Positions 19,503 to 29,074 of a DNA stretch of 64,000 nucleotides are shown piece by piece; the first letter of the stretch is position 1; each line of letters opens with the position of its first letter. Source of the DNA: Candidatus Cloacimonadales bacterium (GTDB taxonomy: Bacteria > Cloacimonadota > Cloacimonadia > Cloacimonadales > DAONDQ01); the NCBI GenBank assembly GCA_963662275.1, contig OY759316.1:4096001-4160000 (forward strand), in the 5' to 3' direction. Under the pieces are notes generated by a model. The model made no database searches. It was given only the letters and a program-made list of their open reading frames with translations, and was not told the origin of the DNA. Position numbers and translations under genes: made by a program.

Positions 19503-22500
19503 TTACTTTTCAATTGCAAATTTCAGGGACTTTCTTTCCCCATTACTATATAATTCAGCAAGATATATACCAGATGCCATTTTTTTTATCGGTAATTGAA
19601 TTTTTTGCTGATTAGGCAGATAGGCTTCACAAGTAATTTTATTTCCATATAATTGCTTACCTGCAATATCGTATATCTTCACTTCTACCTGGGTTGTCTT
19701 ACTTGTCATAATCCTAAATGTGATTTTCGGTGAAAAAATCTGTTTCCAAGGATTTGGGTAAATATACACTTCGCCTGGTACAAACAACTTACTTGTTTGA
19801 AATAGGTTAGTGAGTCCATGATTAGTGTATACAGCATTTCGTTGTAGATTACCATATTCAGTAAACCATCCAAGCCGGATTTGGCTCAAATCTGCACTCT
19901 CAATCTGTTGCCGGTACACTGTCCCTGAATTGGAAGCTGAATAAATGTAATACAAACCTTCAGCATCTTTCCCGATTAATGGATAGCTAAGACTCCTTTC
20001 CTGCATGGACACCGGGTATCCATTTTGAGGATGAAAGGAAGGATAGCCTGATGCATTCCATACGTATAGACGGTTTTTGGACATATTTCCCAAGATCTCA
20101 GATTTACCATCGGAATTCAGATCCGTTGCCCAAATTCCACCGGCTACATGCAGCGTATCAGGATTCGTGACAATCGATAAAGGATAGTTTAAAAGGCTAC
20201 CATCATACCCAAAAATTGCATAGCTGTTTTCACCACCAATCAATATTTCCAGATATCCATTTTGATTAACATCCGCAAATGATGGTAAAGCATAGTTAGC
20301 AAAGGGGATTATCACAGGATAACCGGATTTCAAAACGCCATTTATGTTACATACGTATAATCCCTGTCCGGCACATACAACCAAATTATAAAGACCAACA
20401 TCTCTAGATGTTTGGTCTGCCAAAGATTGAGATAAAGGAGCCAAAGCAATACTGGTGATTACTGAATCAGCAGGAATTAAGAGATTATATTCACTGGTTT
20501 CATGGGTTACATAATCTGTATGATTCAGGATATACAATCCATCCCTTTTCGTAATGGACATGATTTTCTGATTCGCAAAAAGGATATTCCCACAAATTCG
20601 TCCATTGAAAGGAATGTTTATCTCATTTCCACTGCTTGTAGTGTTTTGAATCACGATTTCAGATGCATTCTCATCGACTTTATTCAAAGGCAATAAGAGA
20701 GAATCGCTATTAATTAGTACTGGACCAGCAGCCCAAGTTCTTCCGTGCCTGGCAAATAGAACTGAATAATGACTTGCTGTGTCATAAAACAACCGATACA
20801 ATGCAGTATTTTGCTGATCATTCAGATCATAGGGTATAAAGATATTTCCATTCGATGGATCACATGCATACATTTTACTGATTGGATTCATAGAAGGGAT
20901 GGAAAAGGGGATTTTCACATCATTTTTCCATATTACCATCTTACCGTTCGGCATTGGATAGAATAATTCATCAGAATCATCATGATCAAAGTCAAAAAAC
21001 ATTGCCGGTATCGGATTGGTACCAACATATCCAGCATCCAGGCTCCACCTGAATCTAACATCAAAGGTCATCGTCTTCCCTGATGAACTGATATTGGATA
21101 CTTCGAGAGGAACTCCTCCATAATAACTGTCAGCAGTAGGTTGTGACACCAAACCATTGTGAGAAGCAAATCCAAAATACGCATTATTCCCAACTCGATA
21201 TGAATCATTGGGACCTCCACGAAAATAAGGATTACTGATATTTGTGGCATCCAAGTCTTGTATCCCGCTTGCTTCTTCCAGGTCAACACCCTTGTGCGAT
21301 GCTGTTCCATTGACGTGATCTAATCCTTCAGCAGGAATGAAATTAGCTGCTATGACATTTTCATCAATGTGCCAAATCAGGATACCTGAACCATCTTCCG
21401 GTGATAAAGGTCCGCCATAACCAGGCAGGAAGAAATCCCATTCACAACCTTTATACCGATTTGTCATAAAATCAAATCTCGGCACGGGGTCATAAGGCAG
21501 TGTATCTGCTGGATCATGGTAGTAGTATGCTTGTCCGTTCTGCAATAATACAAAAGTAAAACTTGCTTGACCGTTGAGCATGCTATTATCAGGATTCTCA
21601 GCACGATTCTCCAGGAGATAGTACTCATGGTCAGAAATTGGTAATTTCACTACTTTCGTTGTGTTAAAATTATGGGAAATAAGATAATCCATCTTGATTT
21701 GGGTCGAATCAGCATTGATGACTTTAGGCTGCTCCCAACCCATCAAAGTACGACAAAAAGCAGAAGGCAATGCCGGAACATAGCCATTCGCATTCCAGGC
21801 ACCAGTGCCCATAATACAGAAATTACCAACACCTTCAGATCTGCCATTACTCCAAACATTGTCAAAAAGATTCGGCATTCCTAGCTGATGACCGAATTGA
21901 TTTGCCAAAACCCCTAAAACACTGAATACATATCCTCCATACTCTTCTCCCTGGGGGAAATAATCCTGCCATTCCCATTCCGGGACAATGACCATTTCTT
22001 TGATAAATTTCCCATCATTCGTAGGTATCCCTGGATAATTATCATTGTATGGATCAAATCCCAACTGCAAATCCATACGGGAAATAAAAGTACTCCATAA
22101 TTCATTGGGACGTGCTTGATCGATATCTGATTCCTGCCCGGCACCTGCATGAAAAACGACAATCGCATCATATTGATTGAAATCGATTTTATTATCCATG
22201 GCTAGAATTATGTCTCTCGCCAATTCAGCTTGTCTTGTGGCAGCGAATGTAGTATCATCCACACCATAATAACTCATCGACTGAGATAGGTTGATGACAG
22301 TATCAGGGACTGTATATTGAAGCTGATATTTACCGTGTGAGGCATCCGTATAATAGTCAGAAAGATGTAGCATATATCTGTCAAAGAAAGCACGATTATG
22401 AACCAGGGAATCCGGATATTGAGGACTGTTAACAAAACTGACATCAGAAAATTGTACTCTTAGAACTAGTATACTATCGGGAAAATTTGTATCTCTTCGT

Positions 22501-22640
22501 TGGTTATGAATTCCGAATATTTCAGAGGAATGAGAACCGGGTAACTTGACTTTCCCATTGTACTTCGGATGGGGTGGAGCATAAGCTGCAAGTGCGAAAA
22601 CGATAGTCAATAAAACTATCGTCACCAAAGTGCGTTTCAT
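19503..22640 (-). CDS. M6 (immune inhibitor A-like) metalloprotease homologue with degenerate zinc motif, FG-GAP repeats and T9SS-type CTD
   Basis: VFHAGAGQE, GNFCIMGTGAWN, EYYLLENR, GILIWHIDE, GVDLEEA; HExxH position reads NQFGH; YIYPNP...IYDIAG...SGIY. Confidence 0.8.
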   Translation of the reverse strand: MKRTLVTIVLLTIVFALAAYAPPHPKYNGKVKLPGSHSSEIFGIHNQRRDTNFPDSILVLRVQFSDVSFVNSPQYPDSLVHNRAFFDRYMLHLSDYYTDASHGKYQLQYTVPDTVINLSQSMSYYGVDDTTFAATRQAELARDIILAMDNKIDFNQYDAIVVFHAGAGQESDIDQARPNELWSTFISRMDLQLGFDPYNDNYPGIPTNDGKFIKEMVIVPEWEWQDYFPQGEEYGGYVFSVLGVLANQFGHQLGMPNLFDNVWSNGRSEGVGNFCIMGTGAWNANGYVPALPSAFCRTLMGWEQPKVINADSTQIKMDYLISHNFNTTKVVKLPISDHEYYLLENRAENPDNSMLNGQASFTFVLLQNGQAYYYHDPADTLPYDPVPRFDFMTNRYKGCEWDFFLPGYGGPLSPEDGSGILIWHIDENVIAANFIPAEGLDHVNGTASHKGVDLEEASGIQDLDATNISNPYFRGGPNDSYRVGNNAYFGFASHNGLVSQPTADSYYGGVPLEVSNISSSGKTMTFDVRFRWSLDAGYVGTNPIPAMFFDFDHDDSDELFYPMPNGKMVIWKNDVKIPFSIPSMNPISKMYACDPSNGNIFIPYDLNDQQNTALYRLFYDTASHYSVLFARHGRTWAAGPVLINSDSLLLPLNKVDENASEIVIQNTTSSGNEINIPFNGRICGNILFANQKIMSITKRDGLYILNHTDYVTHETSEYNLLIPADSVITSIALAPLSQSLADQTSRDVGLYNLVVCAGQGLYVCNINGVLKSGYPVIIPFANYALPSFADVNQNGYLEILIGGENSYAIFGYDGSLLNYPLSIVTNPDTLHVAGGIWATDLNSDGKSEILGNMSKNRLYVWNASGYPSFHPQNGYPVSMQERSLSYPLIGKDAEGLYYIYSASNSGTVYRQQIESADLSQIRLGWFTEYGNLQRNAVYTNHGLTNLFQTSKLFVPGEVYIYPNPWKQIFSPKITFRIMTSKTTQVEVKIYDIAGKQLYGNKITCEAYLPNQQKIQLPIKKMASGIYLAELYSNGERKSLKFAIEK

Positions 22641-22896
22641 AAATTCTCCTCAGTTTTTTCTGGGTAAAAAAGTCAGTAACCTAACAAATGCTCTTTACAT
22701 TCCACCACCTTATATACGATTATAATTGGTTATTGGGTGAAAAAGGAAACGCTATTTCCCAATTATCTTAAGTCAATTACATTGGGCTTGATACTGTGAT
22801 TGGAGTCAATATTTTTTTCAGTTTCACCTTGAGTAGCAAACTCTTCGAAAAATGTTTTGTCTAGCAACCGATGGAATTATTCTTCTTTTAGAATAA

Positions 22897-22922
22897 AAGA
22901 AACCCTCATTAAGAGGGTTTCC
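22897..22922 (-). terminator. Rho-independent terminator after efp and the small ORF
   Basis: gaaaccctc-attaa-gagggtttc hairpin followed by a U-tract on the minus strand. Confidence 0.7.
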
Positions 22923-22973
22923 ATGATCTTCTAAAATTGTAATGATTCGTAAATCAGGCTGAGAATCAATATT

Positions 22974-23180
22974 CTATAATTTTCCTGACATAATATCATT
23001 TTCGTTGCATTTGCAGATGTTGCGAAATTCATATTTCGGTGACCATGAGCCAGCTTTTGATGCTTTCTCTAAGACTAATTTAATACGTTTGACTTCTGTA
23101 TTACATACCGGGCAGATCACCTTTCCTTCTGTCGAGGTTTCGTGCGCCAATTTTGCAGTAAAACTTCTTCCTTTTGCCAT
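22974..23180 (-). CDS. Small basic Cys-rich protein (candidate bL38-like ribosomal protein)
   Basis: 68 aa, AGGAGG RBS, CPVC...CKC, Lys-rich; 28 bp after efp and before a terminator. Confidence 0.7.
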   Translation of the reverse strand: MAKGRSFTAKLAHETSTEGKVICPVCNTEVKRIKLVLEKASKAGSWSPKYEFRNICKCNENDIMSGKL

Positions 23181-23208
23181 TTTTCCTCCTAAGATTTCAT
23201 ACTATCGA

Positions 23209-23772
23209 TCAGGCACGTTCGATGTATTCGCCTGTTCGAGTATCGATCTTGATTTTTTCTCCCGCTTCCACGAAGAACGGGATCATGATTCTTAAACCTG
23301 TTTCCGTAAATGCAACTTTACCGCCACCACTGGAAGCTGTGTTGCCCTTTACGTTCGGTTCACATTCTTCTATTTTCTGAATCACCGTAGTAGGTAATTC
23401 AATATCTATGATTTCACCGGCTTCTGTCATCAGAACACCAATTTCCATGTTTTCCTGGAGAAATTTATCACGCTCTCCTATTACTATCTTATCAACATGT
23501 ATCTGCTCATAGGTCTCATTATCCATTAGGACAAAGAATTCACCATCTTTATACAAAAAAACTTTCTTCGTTTTTTCCACACGCACTTCATTCAAGGTTT
23601 CCGTTGTCCGAAACGTGTTTTCAAGCACCTGACCGGTCTTCATATTCTTCATCTTAGTACGGACAAATGCTCCACCCTTACCTGGCTTAACATGCAAAAA
23701 ATCAACCACTTGGTAAAGACCGTTCTTGAATTCTATGATCATGCCATTGCGTATATCCGAAGTCGTTGCCAT
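23209..23772 (-). CDS. efp: Elongation factor P
   Basis: HVKPGKGGAFVRTKMKN, ETG...PFF...IDTRTGEY. Confidence 0.97.
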   Translation of the reverse strand: MATTSDIRNGMIIEFKNGLYQVVDFLHVKPGKGGAFVRTKMKNMKTGQVLENTFRTTETLNEVRVEKTKKVFLYKDGEFFVLMDNETYEQIHVDKIVIGERDKFLQENMEIGVLMTEAGEIIDIELPTTVIQKIEECEPNVKGNTASSGGGKVAFTETGLRIMIPFFVEAGEKIKIDTRTGEYIERA

Positions 23773-24019
23773 AAATACCCCTTTTTCTTCGAGTTATCGT
23801 GAAATTCCAGACTTCAAAATGCGGTAGTTCTGGCAAGAAATTTTTTGTTGCATAAGATTGTATCTTGTTTTCCCCGATGGTTTGAAACCTCGGGGGTCTG
23901 TTTTTTTTAGAGTTACTGAGTTTCAAACCTACCAACATTACAGCTAACAAAGCTATGGCACAGAATCCAAACCCATTAATGTGTCCCTCATTAGACACTC
24001 TTATTCCCCAAAGATACTA

Positions 24020-24132
24020 CTAATTCAAATCCAATCTCATGCTAATTCTATACCAATCTCAAACCAGTTTGCTGAAACAGGAATGAAACAGGAATGAAAC
24101 TGGTATCAAACAGGATTGAAATTGGTATAAAT
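24020..24132. repeat. 11-nt-periodic repeat hairpin (tgaaacaggaa family)
   Basis: tgaaacaggaa tgaaacaggaa tgaaactggta tcaaacaggat tgaaattggta with a complementary left arm; reverse-orientation relative at 53436-53510. Confidence 0.7.
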
Positions 24133-24192
24133 TAAGGGGTTCTCTTGTGGTTCCCTGGAGCTAGGAAGGACAGGAGAGAGGGGAAATGGTTC

Positions 24193-24335
24193 GTATCACG
24201 GCTTGTTAAGCCGTTAATGGAAGGACTGTTAGTCCTGAATCATTTTCTCTTCCAAGAATCAAGGCATAGCATTTCATCCAGCAGAATAACGGGGGATAAC
24301 ATCCCCTCGTTTAACAGCTTAACAAGCTGTGATAC
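24193..24335. mobile_element. REP-doublet/MITE-like element with 25-bp inverted ends
   Basis: gtatcacggcttgttaagccgttaa ... ttaacagcttaacaagctgtgatac (2 mismatches). Confidence 0.6.
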
Positions 24336-24351
24336 GGTTTTTAACATTCCT

Positions 24352-24528
24352 GGGGTGGCGAACTCCGATTCGCCACATGCCAAATCGGAGTTTGGCATCC
24401 CAACTTTCATGCAACGTCCGAAGGATTAAATTTAGCAGAGTAGGGGCACATGGCAATACGCCTAACTTTTCTTATTCGGGTTCTGGAGTTTTAACAGATG
24501 TAGAGACGCGCAAGTTGCACGTCTCTAC
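24352..24528. repeat. REP-like palindrome cluster
   Basis: gtggcgaactccgattcgccac/atgccaaatcggagtttggcat; gtagagacgcgcaagttgcacgtctctac. Confidence 0.7.
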
Positions 24529-24990
24529 TTGGCATGTGGACTTCAGAAGCGATATTTTCATCACTTGGTTGCAAAGAAGGAGCGAAGAGTGGGAAAATTG
24601 GTCTGATTTATTCCCACTCCAATAAGGAATCAAAACCGAATATGAAGATAGCCTATGAGATGTGTTTAGCTTTTTATAATCTCCCATATTTAAATCAGCA
24701 CTTTTCTTTTGATAACCATTTTCTATGAGAATTGCTCTGAAGTTGGCCTCAATTTCTATACATGTTCTAATAAGAAGTTCATGAATTCGAAATGAGTAAG
24801 TCACCTCGTTTGTATCTGAAGGTTCAATATAATCGAATAAATTAATCAAATCTTTCTGAATTAACATAAATGCTCTTATATAATCAATAGGAGAATCAGC
24901 AAACTCTGGATGAGTTATATATCCTTCTCCCGAAAAGCAACCGTCCATATTACAACGACAGTTTCTTTTGAATGGAAATTTGTGTCCCAT
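24472..24990 (-). pseudogene. Truncated hypothetical protein (possible HEPN-like defence family); C-terminus reads into repeats
   Basis: Protein-like to about residue 129 (YIEPSDTNEVTYSFRIHELLIRTCIEIEANF...PYWSG); the tail translates a REP palindrome (VETCNLRVST). Confidence 0.5.
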
Positions 24991-25061
24991 AATTTACTCC
25001 TCATATTTGAAATAGAACTATATCTAAATCAGTTTTGCTATATCAAGAATCCCAAGCTGAA

Positions 25062-26033
25062 TCACTTAACTCTGAAAGTAATCTTATATGTGTTACATAT
25101 TCTTTTATAAGTTGGTTTGTGCAACTTGGCTTTGAATATTCCTTTATGCCTATTTTTATCCGAATTGGATATATAAATAGCAAAGGATAAGAAAATCAAA
25201 GTCAGACTTGTTAAAGCTTGTATTATTTGTAACATGTCTACTAACCTAGGATGTATATTTACCAAACTTTCATTTAGCAATGAAAAAGAAAAAAGCATGG
25301 AGCATTGCAGACTATGAACAACTGATTGCCATAAGCAAATATGTAAATTATCTATTAAAAAATAAGTTACAGCATAATTCAAAATACATTCGAACAAACT
25401 GGTTATTGCTAATAAAAGTCTTTCTGGGGATTTTAAAGAAGAACTCTTTTTCAAAGAAAATGCGTCATTCCCAAAAGCTAAAATTATTTCCAAAGATCGT
25501 GAGAGAGTTCTATATAAAATCAAAGCTATAAATGATTTGTTAAAAATATTGCTAGTAGTATTTGGCTGCCCCCAAATAAGAAAAAATATAAATAGGATCA
25601 CCGCAATTAACAAATTGAGGAAGTTCTTAATCTGAATAAATCTCTTTCGTAAATCTTTCCTCGTGTTACTCCTAATAATCAATATCCCTGTAATATTTCG
25701 GTTCTTGATTATTTCTGACCACAGCAAGCTTGGACATAACATTAAAGATAATGCAATTAACCCCCGTTGAGAAAAAGATTTCTTATACTTAGTTGTGTCT
25801 ATTTGATCATCCTTAAGAAAAATACCTATCAAAGTTCTCATGATTTGAATGAAATTTACTCCTCTTACCAATTTTAAAGAAAAACGAGCGACACATAAAG
25901 AAAGAAAATAATAAACTGTAATTCCAATGAGGAGATATAATAAGCTAATGTATTCAAATTGTATCCAACTATAAAATATATATATCCAAAGGCATGCTAA
26001 TATTAATATAAGAACTAATTTATGAAAATTCAA
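25062..26033 (-). CDS. Low-GC multi-pass membrane hypothetical protein
   Basis: 323 aa with several hydrophobic segments, GGAGGAG RBS, very AT-rich. Confidence 0.65.
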   Translation of the reverse strand: MNFHKLVLILILACLWIYIFYSWIQFEYISLLYLLIGITVYYFLSLCVARFSLKLVRGVNFIQIMRTLIGIFLKDDQIDTTKYKKSFSQRGLIALSLMLCPSLLWSEIIKNRNITGILIIRSNTRKDLRKRFIQIKNFLNLLIAVILFIFFLIWGQPNTTSNIFNKSFIALILYRTLSRSLEIILAFGNDAFSLKKSSSLKSPERLLLAITSLFECILNYAVTYFLIDNLHICLWQSVVHSLQCSMLFSFSLLNESLVNIHPRLVDMLQIIQALTSLTLIFLSFAIYISNSDKNRHKGIFKAKLHKPTYKRICNTYKITFRVK

Positions 26034-26065
26034 CTCCTCCTCCTTCTGCTCAACAATTAAATGAA

Positions 26066-26965
26066 TTAAATCCCTATCAACTCCAGAATGGGTTGTTCAT
26101 CAAAATAGCATTTATTGATATCCAGGTCATAGTTGATAATAAAGAGTTCTTTGCCTTTCCCTGCTTCGTTCTTTTTGTAGTTATTCATACCATATTGTAG
26201 TTCCCAGGGAATGATGTTGGCAAAGCTGAACAATTCTCGAATCACGGGATGATCATCTAATGTTATTAACCAATTATGTGGGCATTTAGCCACAGCAGCA
26301 GCAAAGCGTTCGTAATCAAAATCTGTGTGCAGATCACCATTCTTGCCATAGAGCCTTGATTTCTGTGCAGTCAAATATGGTGGGTCAAGAAAGATCAATA
26401 CACCCGAGGGTAAGTCCGAAGTGCGCAGTTCGAAGTGCGAGGGGGCAGAGGGAAGTTCTTCATAATCCAGATGAGTAATAGTCGTATTGGTTAAAATATG
26501 TTTTAATTGCCTAAGTCTGTCAAAAGAGGAAGGAGTAAATCTCGTATGGAATGACTTTTCGGAATATCCACCACAATCGGTAGTTCCTGAGAAAGAGATA
26601 CGATTCAAAATAAAGAAGCGGATTGCTCTTTGAAGGTCATTTATATCCTTACCGTTTTGACGTAACTCATAAAACAGGTCTTTCCCATTCTCGGTCTTGC
26701 TTTTAATTAATTCAATCTCTCTGTATAGGTTGTCATTATTCTGTTGTGCTTCTTTCCAAAAGCAATACAAATCATAATTCAAATCGTTAATCCAGAACTT
26801 GGTAATCTGCTTCATGGTTTGTTTTGCTGCTAAGAATACAGATGCACCGCCAGCGAAAGGTTCCCTAAATTCAGTTGTTGTTATTGGTATTAAAGGTAAT
26901 ATCCGTGAAACGGCTTTGGATTTACCACCAGGATAACGAAGCACAGCTTTGAGGATATTACTCAT
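26066..26965 (-). CDS. Dam-like (D12 class) N6-adenine DNA methyltransferase
   Basis: LRYPGGKS, EPFAGGASVF, INDLN, FLDPPY, ELFIINY. Confidence 0.92.
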   Translation of the reverse strand: MSNILKAVLRYPGGKSKAVSRILPLIPITTTEFREPFAGGASVFLAAKQTMKQITKFWINDLNYDLYCFWKEAQQNNDNLYREIELIKSKTENGKDLFYELRQNGKDINDLQRAIRFFILNRISFSGTTDCGGYSEKSFHTRFTPSSFDRLRQLKHILTNTTITHLDYEELPSAPSHFELRTSDLPSGVLIFLDPPYLTAQKSRLYGKNGDLHTDFDYERFAAAVAKCPHNWLITLDDHPVIRELFSFANIIPWELQYGMNNYKKNEAGKGKELFIINYDLDINKCYFDEQPILELIGI

Positions 26966-26968
26966 AGA

Positions 26969-27061
26969 TTACTTCAAAGTAATAACCAAATGCATTGAAT
27001 TGTCTTTAATTTCAGGCATCTTTATACAATCACCGATAATCAGCTTATGGTATGTTTTCAC
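26969..27061 (-). pseudogene. N-terminal remnant of a beta-class N4/N6 DNA methyltransferase
   Basis: GTG start with GGAG RBS: MKTYHKLIIGDCIKMPEIKDNSMHLVITLK*, stopping where SPPY would be expected. Confidence 0.65.
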
Positions 27062-27269
27062 TGCCACTCCTGAGTTCTTCACATTCACATAATTCCATTG
27101 ATCTTCTGCAAAATGATAATTCAGATATGAATGTCAACTACAAAGTGTGGAACGCTTAATTTATTAGGCTATTTCGAAGTTTGAAGTACGATATGCGAAG
27201 TGCGAAGTTGCAGAAACATAACCGTTTGAAAACAGCGTTCCGGAGAGACCTTTAGATCACATTTTTCAT

Positions 27270-27423
27270 ATCACCGGATTGAAATCCAGTGTTAATATGT
27301 TTCTTCCCTACGGGAATTATGAGCAGAATGAAGTCAGGTACTGACGGCAGATAATAACGCTCGGATTTTAATCCGGCGATAAATGGCTCAATGTGGCAAC
27401 CATGAAAGTCCAGTATGGACGAA
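27270..27423. repeat. Palindromic element remnant (ccggattttaatccgg type)
   Basis: Inverted pair atcaccggattgaaatccagtgttaat / ataacgctcggattttaatccggcgat, plus a gtccagtatggac hairpin. Confidence 0.5.
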
Positions 27424-27556
27424 AGATGATGAGAGATAACAGACCGTTGACCCCTTGTATCCCCCTCTCTGGGAAGGAAGTAGGAATCGGCGCTCCAGTT
27501 AGTTCGTCTCCTATCACCTAGAACCTAGCACCTAGCACCTAAAACCTTCTGCCAGG

Positions 27557-28963
27557 CTAATCCCCTGCTTTCAGGATTTCATGAACTCTTTCGAAGATAT
27601 AACCAACATGGATGCGATTAGTGAGATCAAGTTTTTCTACGTCTATTTCAAGAACTGTGCCCTGGTGGAAACCGAATTTGACTACATCAGCAGCATAAGT
27701 CTTATACCATTCATTCAGGTTTTGAATTTCAGTTAACTTCCAGCCACCTTCAATTTCCATTTCACGTCCGCGCTGCTGAATTCTTTCCCAGGCAAGGGAA
27801 GGACTTCCCTGGAGTAAAATAATCAGATCAGAGGAAGGCAATTCTCTATTCACCGTTTGAAATTGTGTAATAAGATTGTCCAATTGATCATCCGTCAGTA
27901 ATCCATCAGCCCGGAATTGATTACAGAAAACCAACAAATCTTCCGGTAAAGAACGATCCTTAACAAAACTGCCATGACCGCTTTTTCCGAGACGTCTTTG
28001 TTCTGCACGCATTTGCAGGAAATGTAGTTGTAAGTCATAGCAATAGGTCTTCTTATCTGCAAGAAATTTCTCCAGTAAAGGATTCTGTTCAGGTCTCTCA
28101 TAAAGTGCATTAATCTTTAAACTCCGTCCCATTATTGCAGCCAGGGTTGACTTCCCTAATCCCACATTACCGGCAATAGTGATAAGCTTGGGATGTTCAG
28201 CTAAGTAGTTTTCCAGTCTGCGTTCGACATCAATTGCTTTCAAAGTTGCTTCTGTCTGTGGTAAGGTCACCCATTCACTGATACCTGGGCTGGATACACG
28301 TAATTCTAAAGATTTTACCTGATCTGCGATCACATTAATAGTGCGTCTCAGGAATTCTACTTTCTCCACTTCTTTGTCCGCATCGATAACGAGTACAGGG
28401 CATTGAACATGATTTGCGATAAAATCTTCATACAGGTTGTTTAATAATTCCAAGTATTCAGAAGAGATTGCTAATTCACTTTCCCTGCCTCGTTCACGTA
28501 TTCTTTCCAGGAGAATAGGCACTTCAGCTTTGAAATAAACGATTAGGTCAGGTTCCTTGATTTGCTCAGTCATCAGTCTATAGGTACGCTGGTATGCGAC
28601 AAATTCGGGTTCTGTCATATGTTGAAGTATTCGCTGTGCTTTCCCGAAAATATGATAATCTTCAGCGAGAGTCCTGTCTTCCAGGACAATCCCCCGACAC
28701 GTTTGTATTAATCTCTGGCGATCTAACCTGCCATTGAAAAACTCGATCTGAGCCATAAAGGCATTGGCAATTGGATCCTTATAAAATGAATCCAGGACAA
28801 TAGGATTGAAATTTTCAGGAAAGGCATATACACCTTCAGAACCATTGGGCTTGGGATAAACAGACAACAGGATTTGATTTAGTGGTGAAGTGCTTGCAGC
28901 CTGGACAAAAGTGGATTTTCCGACCCCAATATTACCGACGATTCCGATGCGTATATTTTCCAT
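27557..28963 (-). CDS. Tandem (two-domain) deoxynucleoside kinase
   Basis: Two P-loops (GNIGVGKST, GNVGLGKST), EDRT/KDRS motifs, lids RIRERGRESE and RIQQRGREME; start set at ATG 28963 after AGGAGG. Confidence 0.88.
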   Translation of the reverse strand: MENIRIGIVGNIGVGKSTFVQAASTSPLNQILLSVYPKPNGSEGVYAFPENFNPIVLDSFYKDPIANAFMAQIEFFNGRLDRQRLIQTCRGIVLEDRTLAEDYHIFGKAQRILQHMTEPEFVAYQRTYRLMTEQIKEPDLIVYFKAEVPILLERIRERGRESELAISSEYLELLNNLYEDFIANHVQCPVLVIDADKEVEKVEFLRRTINVIADQVKSLELRVSSPGISEWVTLPQTEATLKAIDVERRLENYLAEHPKLITIAGNVGLGKSTLAAIMGRSLKINALYERPEQNPLLEKFLADKKTYCYDLQLHFLQMRAEQRRLGKSGHGSFVKDRSLPEDLLVFCNQFRADGLLTDDQLDNLITQFQTVNRELPSSDLIILLQGSPSLAWERIQQRGREMEIEGGWKLTEIQNLNEWYKTYAADVVKFGFHQGTVLEIDVEKLDLTNRIHVGYIFERVHEILKAGD

Positions 28964-29074
28964 TTTAATTCCTCCTAACCAGTTTAATTCTCTGGATTCA
29001 AAATATGGGATTGACATTTTTTTGCCAATATTTTAATCTATGTTTATGATATAAATTAAGAAAGGAGAATCATT

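Noticed and set aside
23702..24625. Short ORFs 23702-23998, 24145-24429 and 24329-24625
   Set aside because: They overlap efp or palindromic repeats and have no protein-like motifs.
24140..27100. Integron cassette array
   Set aside because: No integrase and no convincing attC sites between the genes.
27335..27425. Hammerhead ribozyme (gtcc...ggacgaaa)
   Set aside because: No CUGANGA core adjacent to the stem.
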